DNA of 64,000 nucleotides. Origin: Paraspadella gotoi (Eukaryota > Animalia > Chaetognatha). The stretch spans positions 9,421,216 to 9,485,215 of the forward strand of contig CM119268.1 in the NCBI GenBank assembly GCA_051294375.1, given 5' to 3'. Position numbers and translations under genes: made by a program. Below, in pieces: positions 1 through 11,870 of the stretch (within the stretch, counting starts at the first letter, position 1; every line of letters begins with the position of its first letter). The notes under the pieces were generated by a model, which worked only from the letters and a program-made list of their open reading frames with translations, was not told where the DNA came from and did not search any database.

Positions 1-227
1 ATCGAAACTTTATATCCAACTCAATCACACACTTTCCTACACACACCCACACAAAATTTCATTCCAATCCATTCATCCAATTGGAGTTTTTTGCTAAGGG
101 GGATGGACAGATGGACGGACGGATATCGTTTTTCTTTGTTGCTTAATTTAGTGTAATATGATGTTCTGATATAATGAAAATGATTTACCTATCAGATTTA
201 GGGGTGGGACCGACGGNNNNNNNNNNC

Positions 228-480
228 AACTTGCCTCATTTTCAAAATTTACATCATTTTTCAAATTTACATCATTTTTCAAATTTACATCATTTTTTCA
301 ACTTGCTTCATTTTTTCAAACTGCATCATTTTTTTAACTTGCATCATTTTTTTAACTTGCATCATTTTTTCAACTTGCATCATTCTTTCAACTTGTAACA
401 ATCTTTCAATATTTTTTCATCATTTTTCAATATGCATATTTTTTTTCACTTGCATCATTTTTTTAAAATTGCCTCATTTT
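228..480. repeat. ~21-bp minisatellite (unit like CAACTTGCATCATTTTTTT) next to an N gap at 217-226
   Basis: About 12 degenerate tandem copies are visible; they produce the spurious NLHHFF ORF at 174..398. Confidence 0.9.
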
Positions 481-539
481 TCCACTTAATTAATTAATTA
501 TTTATTTAAAACATTCATGAGTAAGCATAAATAATAAAA

Positions 540-1212
540 ATTCAAGTCAACTTGAATGCAAACTCATTTCCACTCCTCACTTCCATCGAAACTTTATATC
601 GTGCTCAATCACACACTTTCCTACCCACATACAAAATTTAATCTCAATCTATGCATCCAATAAAGATTAATTCTATTAATTATGGATTAAAATTATTAAA
701 AAGGTTCAAATAAAAGTGACTTATGTTTTTTTCTATCTAAACTCATTTCCACTCGCACGATTCCATCTAAACTTTATATCCAGCTTCACCAGACACTTTC
801 CTACCCACACACAAAATTTCATCTCAATCTAACCATCTAATTATGATTAATTCGAGTAATTATGGGTTAAAATTAGTAAAAAAGATTTAAGTTAATGTGA
901 CTTTTTTTTTCATTTAAAATCATTTCCACTCGCACGATTCCATCGAAACTTTATATCCAACTCAATCACACACTTTCCTACACACACCCACACAAAATTT
1001 CATTCCAATCCATTCATCCAATTGGAGTTTTTTGCTAAGGGGGATGGACAGATGGACGGACGGATATCGTTTTTCTTTGTTGCTTAATTTAGTGTAATAT
1101 GATGTTCTGATATAATGAAAATGATTTACCTATCAGATTTAGGGGTGGGACCGACGGACCGACAAAGTAAATTATAGAGTCGGAATCTGCTGATAAGCAG
1201 ATCCGACTAAAA
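540..1212 (+). mobile_element. Non-autonomous Helentron/DINE-1-like element with ~180-bp internal tandem repeats
   Basis: Three ~180-bp units (start ~559, ~739, ~917), (GGAC)n tracts, and a 3' hairpin AGTCGGAATCTGC-TGATAA-GCAGATCCGACT followed by an A-run. The class assignment is inferred from this layout. Confidence 0.55.
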
Positions 1213-1269
1213 GCAAAAAAATATATTTCACTATTTGAACGCCGTTTACTCATCAGTGGACGGGACGAT

Positions 1270-1790
1270 TGACTTTAAATTTTGTATGTGGGTAGGAAAG
1301 TGTGTGATTAAGCTGGAAATCAAGTTTCGATGGAATCGTCTGAGTGGAAATGAGTTTAAATGGAAAAAACAAAAACCTGTTTCACTAATTGATTATGCTT
1401 CTTTTTCTTTTATATTAAATGTAAAATTGTAAATGCAAGATGTATTAATTAATCAGTTAATTAATTAATCGGTCAATTAATCAATCCATTAATTTATCAA
1501 TAAATCAATCAATTTATTTAGTTATCTATTAATTAGTTATTCAATCCATTTTTTTATAAATTAATTAATTAGTTAATAAATCTAGTAAATCGTTATCGGC
1601 ATTATTGTCGTCGTTGCCATCATCGTCGTCGTTGCTTTTGTCGTGGTCAGTGACAAAAAGACCTAAATACAAACATTTCGGATCAAATTAATTTATTCAT
1701 TAAATTATTATTTTAGTTATAGTTTGTATTAATTAATTAATTACCGCTAATGATCGTGGGCAGATCCGACATTGTTTGCTCAAACTTGTT
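1270..1790. mobile_element. AT-rich dispersed repeat, copy 1 (Helitron/Helentron-like)
   Basis: Near-duplicate of 4662-5100. Ends in hairpin GGGCAGA..TTTGCTC plus AAACTTGTT; its 5' part is the reverse complement of the 180-bp unit at 540-1000. Confidence 0.6.
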
Positions 1791-1900
1791 TAAATATTAT
1801 TTGTTCACAGTTCTGCGTTTCGGTTTCTTACAAGATATGTGTACGTAATTATTTTTGACATGATTATTTTGACGGCTCGAGCTTATAATCTTCCTTACAG

Positions 1901-2300
1901 ATGGAGATGCACCAAGAACGAAAAATTCGACGCCTATCTCGGTGCTCACGGAATTAATTTCTTTATACGAAAAATCGTTAACCAGGGAAGTTGCACCGTG
2001 GAGATCATCGACAACGAGGATGGAAGCTGGACGGTCAACGAGATTACCGCTTTTCGCACAGCCACGTCCACCTATAAGCTCGGTGAACGATACCAGGCCA
2101 AGCATCCCGTCACGGAAATGATGATAACCGCCATGGTGATCATGGAGGACGACAAGGTCGTCGGCAAGTCCTTCTCTTCGGAAGAGTCGGACGACGTGGT
2201 TGAGAGCACCACGCGAGAGCTGCTTGAAGACGGTTCCATGTTGCAAGTCATTTATTTCAAAGATGTCGTTTGCAAGCGGTGGTTTCAAAAGGAATCGTAG
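1901..2300 (+). CDS. Fatty-acid-binding protein (FABP/iLBP family), terminal exon; first exon not identified
   Basis: Acceptor TTCCTTACAG at 1900, then W-R-C-T-K-N-E-K-F-D-A-Y-L, 'YKLGE' and 'VVCKRWF', matching the FABP beta-barrel pattern. Confidence 0.75.
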
Positions 2301-2840
2301 TCGACATTGAAATTTACATGCCAAAGAAAGCATTCCACCTGAAGACTGAATGGGACCCCCTTAGCCTTTGCTTTGGTTTAAAATTTTCTCCCGATGAATC
2401 GGAGAATATCGGTTCCGTTCGGATCCAGAAATTTTATTTTTTAGAGTTTCATCTGTTCCTGGGACAAAATTCCTGTTTTGTTTAGTAATATGTATAACTC
2501 GTGTGGCTTATGTAACCTTTTTCGGACTTGGACTATACAATAGAATGAATTTGTTTCAAATAACTCATATTTTATTCCGGGATTTTTTAATTTTGTAACA
2601 ATCATGTTTAATTACACGGACACACGTTGCTGTGATTTTTGCATTTTATTTTTAATATTGATATTTTTTGGAAACTATTAGTATTTGGGAAACGAATTTT
2701 CTAGTTTGTCTCTTTTGAACTAATAATTTAATTACGTTTTCTAATCAGAATTGGGACGATGTTCTGTATTGTTTTTTTTTATATTTATATTGTTTTACAT
2801 ATTCTTGATAATTTGATACGGCGTCTCATTTCTTAAGACC

Positions 2841-5558
2841 ATGGCGACCGGTGGTGACGGTAAGGCGGCCAAATCCACGCTGGTGAGGGGAATGACGAAA
2901 AAGGTGGTTCGCACCCGCGAACTCGTCTTACAGAATCTCGGAAAAGTGGATAAAACTCAGGACGGCGCCTTCGACGGGCTCGTCGACGCCTTCGGGCGAC
3001 AGCAAACTGCAGCTGCCAAGGTTCACAAGTATCTCGCAAACTACGTCGTGGGAGTTCGTGCAGCCGTCTTCGCCGCCGACGCTCTCCACGATGTCATGAA
3101 GGAAGTCTATGAAGACGACTGGCCGGGAAAGAACGACTTCGAGAATCACCTCGGCTCTATTAAGGTTATTTAATATTTTGAAATGGCCAAGATTCTAAAG
3201 GGCCTTGTTTTATTCTTCTTTCTGGACACTAAATGTCCCAAGATAAACTTCTTTAATCTTCTGCGACATTGTCATTGCATATGCAAACGTTAACGTACTA
3301 TGACAACGGGGACAAATGTGTGATGCCCGGGATGTGAGGCATTGTTAGGGGGCAAACCTTGCGGCAAACCTCCCGACAGCTGGCGCAAATTGCATTGGAC
3401 CCGCAGTGACCACCCCATGTGTTTATGCCGACACCAAACTTTAACCAGCGTGACCGTGAGGGGATTGAACCCGGAACTCACGGTTGGTGAAGTTGGTGAA
3501 CCTGTCCAAGCCAATGGCGAATTTAGGATTCGCCACAGTGCAGTACTTCAATTTAAGCGTTTTCAATAATTTTCCAGGCGAATTCGAACGACTACCTCCG
3601 CGAATTGGACCGCAGCGTTTCGGCGCTCGTATCTTATCAGGCGCAGTTTCACGACGTGCGTTCGAAGATCGAGAGACGCAATCGGAAGCTCGTCGATTAC
3701 GATTCCACGCGACACCAAACGGAGCAGTTGCGACAGGTTATAGTCTGTTAAATCATCATTGTCGCTATTGACTTTTGTCCTTTTACTTCGAGTTCATCTG
3801 TTTTTTCAGGTGAAGAAGAGGGAAGATTCCAAATTGATGAAGGCCGAAGAAAAAAACTCTGACGCCCGAAGAATGTACGACTCTCTCAACAACGAACTGC
3901 TCGAGCTTCTCCCCGCCCTCTACGAATCTCGCGTCGTCACCTTCGGCTCCACCTTTCAGTCTCTTTTCGGCGCCGAAGCGAACTTTCACGGCGAACTCAC
4001 GCGCCTCAACGCCGGCCTCAGCGACATCATCGACGCCCTTTTCGCCGAACGCTCCGTCGACCCGCGGCGCCTCCCTCCGGCGCCTGTATTTTCCGCCCTC
4101 ACGCGCGGCGGATTCGGGGGAGGATCGTCCCGCGGCTCCACGCCCTCTTCGACTCGTGCAAGGGGAGTGGGGGGCGTAGGCGGCGCCGCGGTCGGTGTCT
4201 CCAGTGACTCGGCGTTGCAGTCGGGGTCGAGATCCGGCTCCATCGCCAGCGCCGAACATCATCTTCACCAGGGCGGAGGTTAGAGGATTAGACTGAATAA
4301 ATAATGAGTATTTTTCCAGAAGACAAAGAATTACTAATTATGCTTAATATTATTTAAAATGAACCTCTCATCGCTTATTCAGGGCGACACGCTGGCCAAT
4401 ATTCTTCGGGCATGGCGGCGGCCGTACCAACAGCGTCGCCGGCGGCGATCTCCTCGATGTCGGCCTCTTACCCCGCCTTGTCGGGAAGCCACAACTCGTT
4501 GGAAATATCCAACTCCTCCGCCTTCGCCGATTATCATGAGGCGGAAGGGAAGAGTCAGGAGCGGGGCACGCCGCGACTGGCGCAGTCGGACGTGGCGTTG
4601 GAGACTCGAGGTTAGTAAAAATGTGAAATCTGTTTTACTCTTCTTTTTATTGCGAGTGTAATTTTTATGTGTGGGTAGGGAAGTGTGTGATTGAGCTAGA
4701 TATGAAGTTTCGATGGAGTAGAAAAGAGTTTAAATAGAAAAAACAAAAAAACCTATTTCACTAATTGATTATGCTTCTTTTTCTTTTTATAATAAATGTA
4801 AATGCAAGATGTATTAATTAATCAAATAGTTAATCAGTTAATTAATCAATTAATTATTAATTTAATCAATTATTTATCTATTAATTAATTATTCAATCAA
4901 TTTTTTTATAAATTAATTATTTAAACAATCAATCAAGTCTATCATTATTGGCTTCATTGTCGTCGTCGCCATCATCGTCGTCATTGTTTTTGTCGTGGTC
5001 AGTGACGAAAAGACAAAACAAACATTTCGGACCAAATTAATTATTAATTAATTACCGCTAATGATCGTGGGCAGATCCGACATTGTTTGCTCAAACTTGT
5101 TTATATCTCCACTAGATTCAGGAGCTCGCGAGGCGGGCCTCAGCAACGGGGCTTGCGCCTTACCCGACAACGTTCTTTATCAAGTAGTGGCGACTCATCC
5201 TTACGTTAGGGAGGACGAGGACGAACTTACTTTCGACGCTGGGGCATTCATTAACGTCATGGTTAACGAAGACGACGATGACCCGGATGAAGGATGGCTT
5301 TTCGGGTTAGACGTCTTAAATAACTTGCAGTAAAATATAAAATTAAATATTTAAGTTATACTACAGTCGTAATATCAATAGCTTTCTGTCTCTAACTCTC
5401 GTGTTGGTTCTTTATTTTTCTCACCACGTGGGTTAGCTGCTCTTTTCCGTAGGCCTGGCCTACATCAACACGCGGTATTGTCTTTTGTTTTCAGCTGTTT
5501 GGATGCGGATCCCACGATGAAAGGATTGTTCCCTGCAAACTTTACGCGAAAACTTTGA
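2841..5558 (+). CDS. Amphiphysin/BIN1-like N-BAR + SH3 protein (multi-exon)
   Basis: N-BAR start 'KKVVRTRELVLQNLGKVDKTQD', 'RNRKLVDYDS', 'LNNELLELLPALYESR'; C-terminal SH3 'VVATHPY..EDEDELTF..GWLFG..KGLFPANF'. Last exon 5495-5558. Confidence 0.9.
3299..3537 (-). mobile_element. Solo LTR related to the TRIM at 50479, carrying Pol III A/B boxes
   Basis: The minus strand reads TGTGGC...GTTGTCATA, with A box TGGCTTGGACAGG and B box GGTTCAATCCC. It shares blocks CTGGYT-AAA..GGTGYCGGYATAAACA, GGTCACTGnGGGTCC and CCCGGGYATCACA with the TRIM LTR. Flanks GTAC/GTGC are an imperfect 4-bp TSD. Confidence 0.7.
4662..5100. mobile_element. AT-rich dispersed repeat, copy 2, in an amphiphysin intron
   Basis: Near-duplicate of 1270-1790, including an identical 3' end ...GATCGTGGGCAGATCCGACATTGTTTGCTCAAACTTGTT. 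Confidence 0.65.
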
Positions 5559-5944
5559 CGTTACGTTTATCTTGTTCATGATTTCCATGCCGTTTCCTGT
5601 ACGAAGCTGTTTCACATTTGTCTTTTTCCAACGATAAAAGACAGTCACCTTCCAGCATCGTTTTTTTTCCGACAGTACTGCTTTTCATGGCAGTGATCAG
5701 TGATATTGTTTAAGCAATTTTATTCATCCGTAAGTGTCGAAGATTCTCGTTTTAAGTCCTTGAAAATATATTTGTATAATTGGCAACTTTCTAATTGTGA
5801 TATCTCTCCACGCTCGGTCATTTTATAAACATTACGATCTTGCCAAATCTCTATTTTATTTCTCTCTGATACGTATAAATATTTTTTTTTTTCATTTCGT
5901 TTTTATTTAAATATTTCCAAGAAATGCGAGAAAGTTTGTAGACC

Positions 5945-8900
5945 ATGCTGAATTCACGCCCGAGCGCCGTCTATGACGAAGCGTCTCTGCTGCGGATGCA
6001 GCAAGACTTCTTCGCACAACGTGATCCCGCTGCGCCCTCGACCAAGATGGTTCGTTGCGGCGACAAGCGCAAGAGCCACGAGCCCATGGACGTTTCGAAC
6101 TCTGTGTCCAAAGCGCCGTCCAAAGCCGTGAGTTTCGCCCGCGACGTCGTCGAAATCGACCACTCTGCCGAAGTTAAAACGCCTAGTCGATCCAAGATCA
6201 GGAGCACTGATCAAGATAAAAACGACGATGCTGAAGCGCGACTCGATTCGGCTGATCGACACGTAACCTCTGTTCTCTCTTCTCTCATAATGGAGCGAAC
6301 TCCGGAGAAAAGCGCAGTCTTGTTTCCTACCAAGTCACCAGGTGATACCACAGGTTTTCCAGTGGCCTCCCGAGGCGGCGTCTTGGGCCCGTCGACGGAA
6401 AAGAAGGGCAGAAGTCTATTCTCGCGGCAGATGGCGACGATTAAGGATCCTGACTCCCGCCGAGTTAAAGTAGGCGGGATTATCGACGGAAGCGGACTCG
6501 GTTATCGCGGCGACGGCGAAGCCAACAAGATCCATCTGGAAAACCTGGGGAAACTTTCGGTGATGAGCGAGTCGGCAATACTGGAGGATCAACGTCAAAT
6601 CCGCGAAATGTTGAGCGCGTCGACTCTGGAGTTTTTGAAAAATCGAAAGAGCTCCTCCGCGGAGCGAAAAGCTCCTTTGGTCTTAGAATATTCTGCGGAA
6701 TCTGAGCCGGAGAAAGACTCGTTTCTTCCTGTGAAACCGACCAACGAGTGGGTCAACATGGATGTGGTGGAGAGCGAGAAGCTGGAGTGGTTGCGCGACG
6801 TGAAGGTCGACCCAAAAGCTAAAACAGACTCTGGGAGAGAGATGAGATTCGATTTCGACGGCCGAGCGCTTGGTCCCGACGATCAATTTCCCACATCCTC
6901 TGCTCTGTATCATCATGACCGTCAAACGGAACCAGGCTACACCTTGGAGGAGCTTTTCACTCTCAGTCGTAGTCAATTTGCTCAGCAGCGTGTTCTAGCT
7001 TTGAGAACGTTGGCTAAGATTTCTTTTCAGGCCCGTATTTGTGCCTATGATGAAATATTGTCAAGACCCCTTTTTCCGCATTTGTTGGAAGCCGGGGTAG
7101 TCTTTCTTCTACGCTGGGCTTTGGACGATGGAAACGCGGGCGTGATGGCTGCGTCTGTTGAAGGCCTCGCGTCCATGCTCGTCATCTCCTCTGACGAAGC
7201 TTGTTTGAATCGAACGCATTCCTGGTACCGAGGGATGTTGACCCCGTCGCTCAGGCCATTGGAGTGCCCGCAGGATTCCGAGGAAGACGAGACGCCGCCG
7301 ACACAACGAAGTGACGTAGAGATGGTGGCTCGAGATATCATTCTTGCTCTTATCCAAATGAATGTACTTCCGCGACTCCGCTACATCCTCGAAGTCGTCC
7401 GTCCGCACGGAGAAACCGTTTTCGCCGTTTTTGACATCCTCATCCGAATTTGTCGTCATTCCCGGGAAGCTGCCGCCTCGGTTTTGTCAACTCCACGGTT
7501 GATAGAGACTGTGACGAGGGAATTCGTAGCGACGAGAGATTCTGGAGGATCATCCACCGAAACCGTCTATGGCAAAGCTCTGCCGAAAGCCCTAACTTTT
7601 CTGAGAGTCGTGGTAGCGTCGGCCGGTCGAGCGGCGGCTTTAAAACTCGAAAATGAAGATGTCGTGTCGAAACTTCTAACATTCGTCACTATTCATCCTC
7701 TGGAACAGGACAGAGATCTAGGAGTCGGCGGAGAATTATGCCGGGAGGCGGCGCGACTCATAGCCACGATGATCCGCTTTAAAGTCTCCGTCGAACAATC
7801 TTTTGCGATTTTTCCGGTGCTGATGTCCAACTTGAGAAACTTTTCCCGTTTATCATCCTCGGATATCTCTCAGGTACCCGATGTCGCGAGGGCGACTGAA
7901 CTCTTAACACTTGTTTCGGCTTTCATCGAGGATTGCAGGGGAAAAACTCCGAGCAAGTTCCGAAACGATCTTTTGAATGAAGACGGGGACCGCATCGTTG
8001 TCAACGATGCGTCGCTCGATTTCGATCGCGTTCGTGGATTTCTCATGCCGTTGACGGAATGTTGTGGAATTTGGATTCGATCGTTAATTGCCGACAGAAT
8101 TCGCGACGATGCCGTTTTCTTGGATTTGATTGCCGCAGGTTTCAATTGCGTGGCGTCACTGTTTCAGAAGTGGAAAGAATTCGCTGGAGAAAAGCCGAAG
8201 CTTTTAACGGAAATCTCCGTATTCGCTGAAAAAATTATCTTGCCTTTTCTTTTGTCCAACACTTATGAAAAGGCTCTCGCGCTATTTAGTAAAAACTCAC
8301 TCGCGGTGAATCGATGGAATCCCATCCTTGACGAAGCACCTCAGCTACCGTCTTTGCGGTGTCTCTCCCTCGCTCGTATGACCCCGCCCACTTTTGACAC
8401 GAAGTCATCGCTGGGATTTCTGCTCTCAGTTTCACGAGTCGTCGCCGTCATCGCGGGCATCGCGAAACCATCGAACAACGTACAAAAGCTTTTACAATCC
8501 ACGCTTCAACATCCACTGATGCTTTCGCTCGTAGATACAATCGGCAAATCCCCTATCGTTTTCTCTTGGCCTCTTCATTTCGAGATTTCTTTATTAAAGA
8601 TTCTAATCGAGTCATTCGTCATTCAATTACGGTCCGACCCCGACCTTAGGGACTCTGTGTCGACCTATCACTCTTTGGCCCTTAATATTTTGCCTCATCT
8701 CACGGAGAGCGAGTGCGTTTTGAAATTCGCCCAAGAAGTCGTCTTTTCCCCGGCGTTTAATCACCGTCCAAATGACATTGAGGACTCGATGCAAACTCTC
8801 GATCTCAACGTTTTTCAAGTTCGATCCGCGACCCACGAAAATCTGCTCGTGTCCAAAAGCGCCATAAATAGAGAAGCCGTAAATTCTTTATCGTCGATCA

Positions 8901-9957
8901 GAGGATGCTACATGGATAGCTTCGTGCTTATTTTAAAAGGTCGAACAGAAGGTCCCACTTTAGTGAAAGATTTCACGCTGTCCCTTCCGCTAGACTGGCC
9001 CCTTTTACCCTTGGTGGAGGCGTATCGTATTTTTAATGTTTCCAAAGACTCCAAAGACGCTGTCGACTCCCAACGCGCTCGTCGCCATATCCTCGCCGCT
9101 CTGCGATTTGTGCATTTGTTGGAGACGACTCGTCCGACGACTTTGGCGTTAATTTCTCCGACGGTTCGTCTCTCTCGTCTTTACTGCGTTTTTCTCTCTG
9201 GAAATGACGTCTTCTTCGAGGTGGACATCTATAAACTATTGGCATCACTTTTTCGTCATTACGCGGCAAACAACGCTTTTCTTGACGCACTCGACTTCAG
9301 TGAAAGCGTTCCCGGCTTGGCTTCGTTTTACGACCTGTTCGAAGAGCTTTTGTCTCAATTCCAAGCCGTGTCTTTCGGTGATCCCTTGTTTTCATCCTTC
9401 ATTTTATTGGCGCTCCAGCAAAAACACAGGTAAATTAAAGTTGAACAAAGGTTTCATTAATGAAACCCGAAACTACCAACGTAAGTTATCGACTGGTTTT
9501 TCTCCCCAAAAGTGTCCTTTTCCGCAAATCGTTCTGGATCGAAAATGGGGACTCCATCCTTCCGAGCTTCACCCTGGGCTGTTCCGATCTACTGGTATCT
9601 GTCGATCGCTTCCTTTTTCCTCCGGAGACAGATACGGCGCTGTTGCGTCACTATTTGCAAGCGTTATTATCGAAGCGTTTGCGTCGCTCGCCGCTCCTCT
9701 ACTCGATCGCCGTCGCCCACGTGAACGCTTTCATATTCGGCGATGACCCGAAGTCGGCGAGACTCCGTCGCCTTTTCGCCGAAGCCGTGACGAATGCGGA
9801 GAACGACGACGACGATGATGAACCCGTCGCCAGCGACATTTTACTCTATGAGCGCTCCGACGTCTCGGCCCCTCGAGGCTTCCTCCTCCACGAAAAACTT
9901 CCGTCGGAGAGATCAGAACGTTTGAAAAGTTTTTTAAACCGTGATATTTTACGATAA
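5945..9957 (+). CDS. RPAP1: RNA polymerase II-associated protein 1 (exons 5945-9429, 9513-9957)
   Basis: 'IHLENLGKL..MSESAILEDQ', 'MRFDFDG', 'LYHH..PGYTLEELFTLSRSQFAQQR', 'FQAVSFGD'. Confidence 0.92.
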
Positions 9958-10021
9958 TCGATGCGATTGGCCTTCTATTTTTTAAAGTTAATGTTTTACA
10001 ACGTTTCGCAGGTACAAAACA

Positions 10022-11299
10022 ATGTCGTTCAGTTTGACGGTAAACCGTTTATTGTCGGCCACTGTCGGCCGGACGTTTCGTATTTTTCCTCGGATGCGAT
10101 TCGCCTCCGAGCGTCTGGCGACTCTTCTGCTCTTTTCCCCTCTTTTCCGTCTCCTGCCCGCGTTTCGACCCAAAGCCAAAGAGAAAGATTCGACTCCGTT
10201 AGACCAACTTCCTCCCTGTCCCACCCCTCCGCCGCCGCCGCCCCCGACGAAGACTAGGACGCCGCATCGATTCTTGGACGAGATCGACGCCTTCAACTCC
10301 TGCGGAGATCAGGAGCGCGTCTTGAGACTTTTGAATCAAATCGGGGGGGAGAGTAGCGACGATCCCCAGGTGATTTTCATGGCCGCGTCTGCTATTACTG
10401 GCTGTTATGTTAACAGCCCGGTTGCCTTTGATGCCCATTGAGATAGGGAATCTAACTGTTGGCTTTGGTGGCTTCCGACACTCAGTGACGCCACCTGTCA
10501 CTGGCGAGGTTACCCTAGGACGGTTTCGCTTTGCCAATGCAGAGGGAAGTCTTTGGAACGTAACGCTAGGTGCGTTCCCCCTCTGAGCCAATGGGATTGG
10601 CTTAAATTAGGCCTTAATGAGGCTTAATATACCGCCCCACTCTAATCTTAGTTCAGCCGAGTTTCATAAAAAAGTCTTTAGAAAATTATTTACGCTACGT
10701 ATCAGGTTCTTTGGCGTTTGACCCGCGCAATCTTCGATCGCGCAAAGAATCCGGAGACGGGACTGACCGATGACGAAAAAAGGCAAGAGATCGAACGCGC
10801 CTTCGACATCGTCTCTCGCGCCTTGGAACTAGATCCCGATTCCTTCGAAACGCACATGTGGTTTGCCATCGTCCTCGAATCTTTGAACCGGTGGAAACCT
10901 TTGAGGGAAAAGCTGATCAACTCGTTCATCATCAAGGAACACTTTCTCAACGCTCTCGGAATAAACCCACAATCGGCGGTACTGCTACACTGCCTTGGCT
11001 CCTGGTGCTTCACGGTCGCCAGCATCGATCTCCTCGAACGGAAAGTCGCGCAGTGGCTCTTTTTCGAGCCGCCTACTTCCACCTACGAAGAGGCACTCGG
11101 ATACTTTCTGGCCGCCGAGGAGGTCAGCCCCAGCTTTTATTGTTTCAACCTGCTAATGATCGCCAAGTGTTACGCCAAGTTGAGAGATGACGTCAAGAAG
11201 GTGGAATATCTCGAGAGGGTCGTTTCTTTTGCACCATTGCGATCCGAAGAAGATCAACGAGCGGTAAAAGAAGCTCAAATCCTTTTGCTTAATCTGTGA
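10022..11299 (+). CDS. Regulator of microtubule dynamics (RMDN/FAM82) protein (exons 10022-10369, 10706-11299)
   Basis: 'VLWRLTRA', 'HMWFAI', 'IKEHF..A..INP', 'LGSWCF.VA..LERKVA.WLF.EPPTSTYEEAL.YF..AE'; basic N-terminus resembling a mitochondrial targeting peptide. Confidence 0.88.
10406..10641 (-). mobile_element. Divergent solo LTR of the same TRIM-related family, in the RMDN intron
   Basis: The minus strand contains GCCAGTGACAGGTGGCGTCACTGAGTGTC (TRIM LTR: GCCAGTGACAGGAGGCGGTCACTGAGGGTCC), A-box-like TGGCTCAGAGGG and GGGCATCAAAGGC, and ends GTTAACATA. Length is similar (~236 bp). No clear TSD or B box. Confidence 0.5.
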
Positions 11300-11870
11300 T
11301 TTTTATAAAGATTAAGATCGTTTATAGGGAATGTTTAGCATTTTATATACTGATGGAAAAATAGCCTCATAATGCAAATTTAGAAATCGGTAACCTCAGA
11401 TTTTGGGAGCTCAAATGATTTGAACAAAGACGACGACGAAGACGACGACGAAGTATTAAAAAAAATGACTTCGTCATGCTGGAATCGGTCTGTCAACTAC
11501 TGACCGGATTGACATTTCTGAGATTTTTGTCTCTTGTTTGGATACGCCCTGGTTATATCGCCGTCAACTTAGTGGCGGAGATTTAGGTTCCGGGCCGACT
11601 CGAAAGACCCCCGCCTCATTTTGATGGGGAGCGCATAAATCCCATATTCTGTTCCATTTCGACTTTGCTTACCCTGTATTGCTCTGATTGCTTTGTTTAA
11701 ACTGATCATATGTTTCAAGTAGTTGTTGTGAAACATGGTTTAATTTGTCCAACATTTTCTTTATTTATTTATACTTTCTTTTTTCGGTATTTTTTAAAGA
11801 GTAATCACTATAATAAAGTCAGAACTTGTTTAAAACACTTTCCATTGTTCGTGAAATTTGCAAAGAAACC

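Noticed and set aside
1-216. Exact duplicate of 942-1157
   Set aside because: It abuts an N gap and looks identical, so a scaffolding overlap artefact is as likely as a real tandem duplication.
228-480. Regular short repeats and the His/Phe-rich ORF 174..398 (CRISPR-like or peptide repeat?)
   Set aside because: No unique spacers and a eukaryotic context; it is a simple minisatellite spanning a gap.
3420-3520. Possible tRNA gene on the minus strand (A/B boxes)
   Set aside because: No convincing cloverleaf or T-run terminator; it is embedded in a solo LTR.
11480-11650. GC-rich hairpins upstream of the RRM gene, including a CGAAA
   Set aside because: No correctly placed CUGANGA or snoRNA boxes; probably UTR or promoter sequence.
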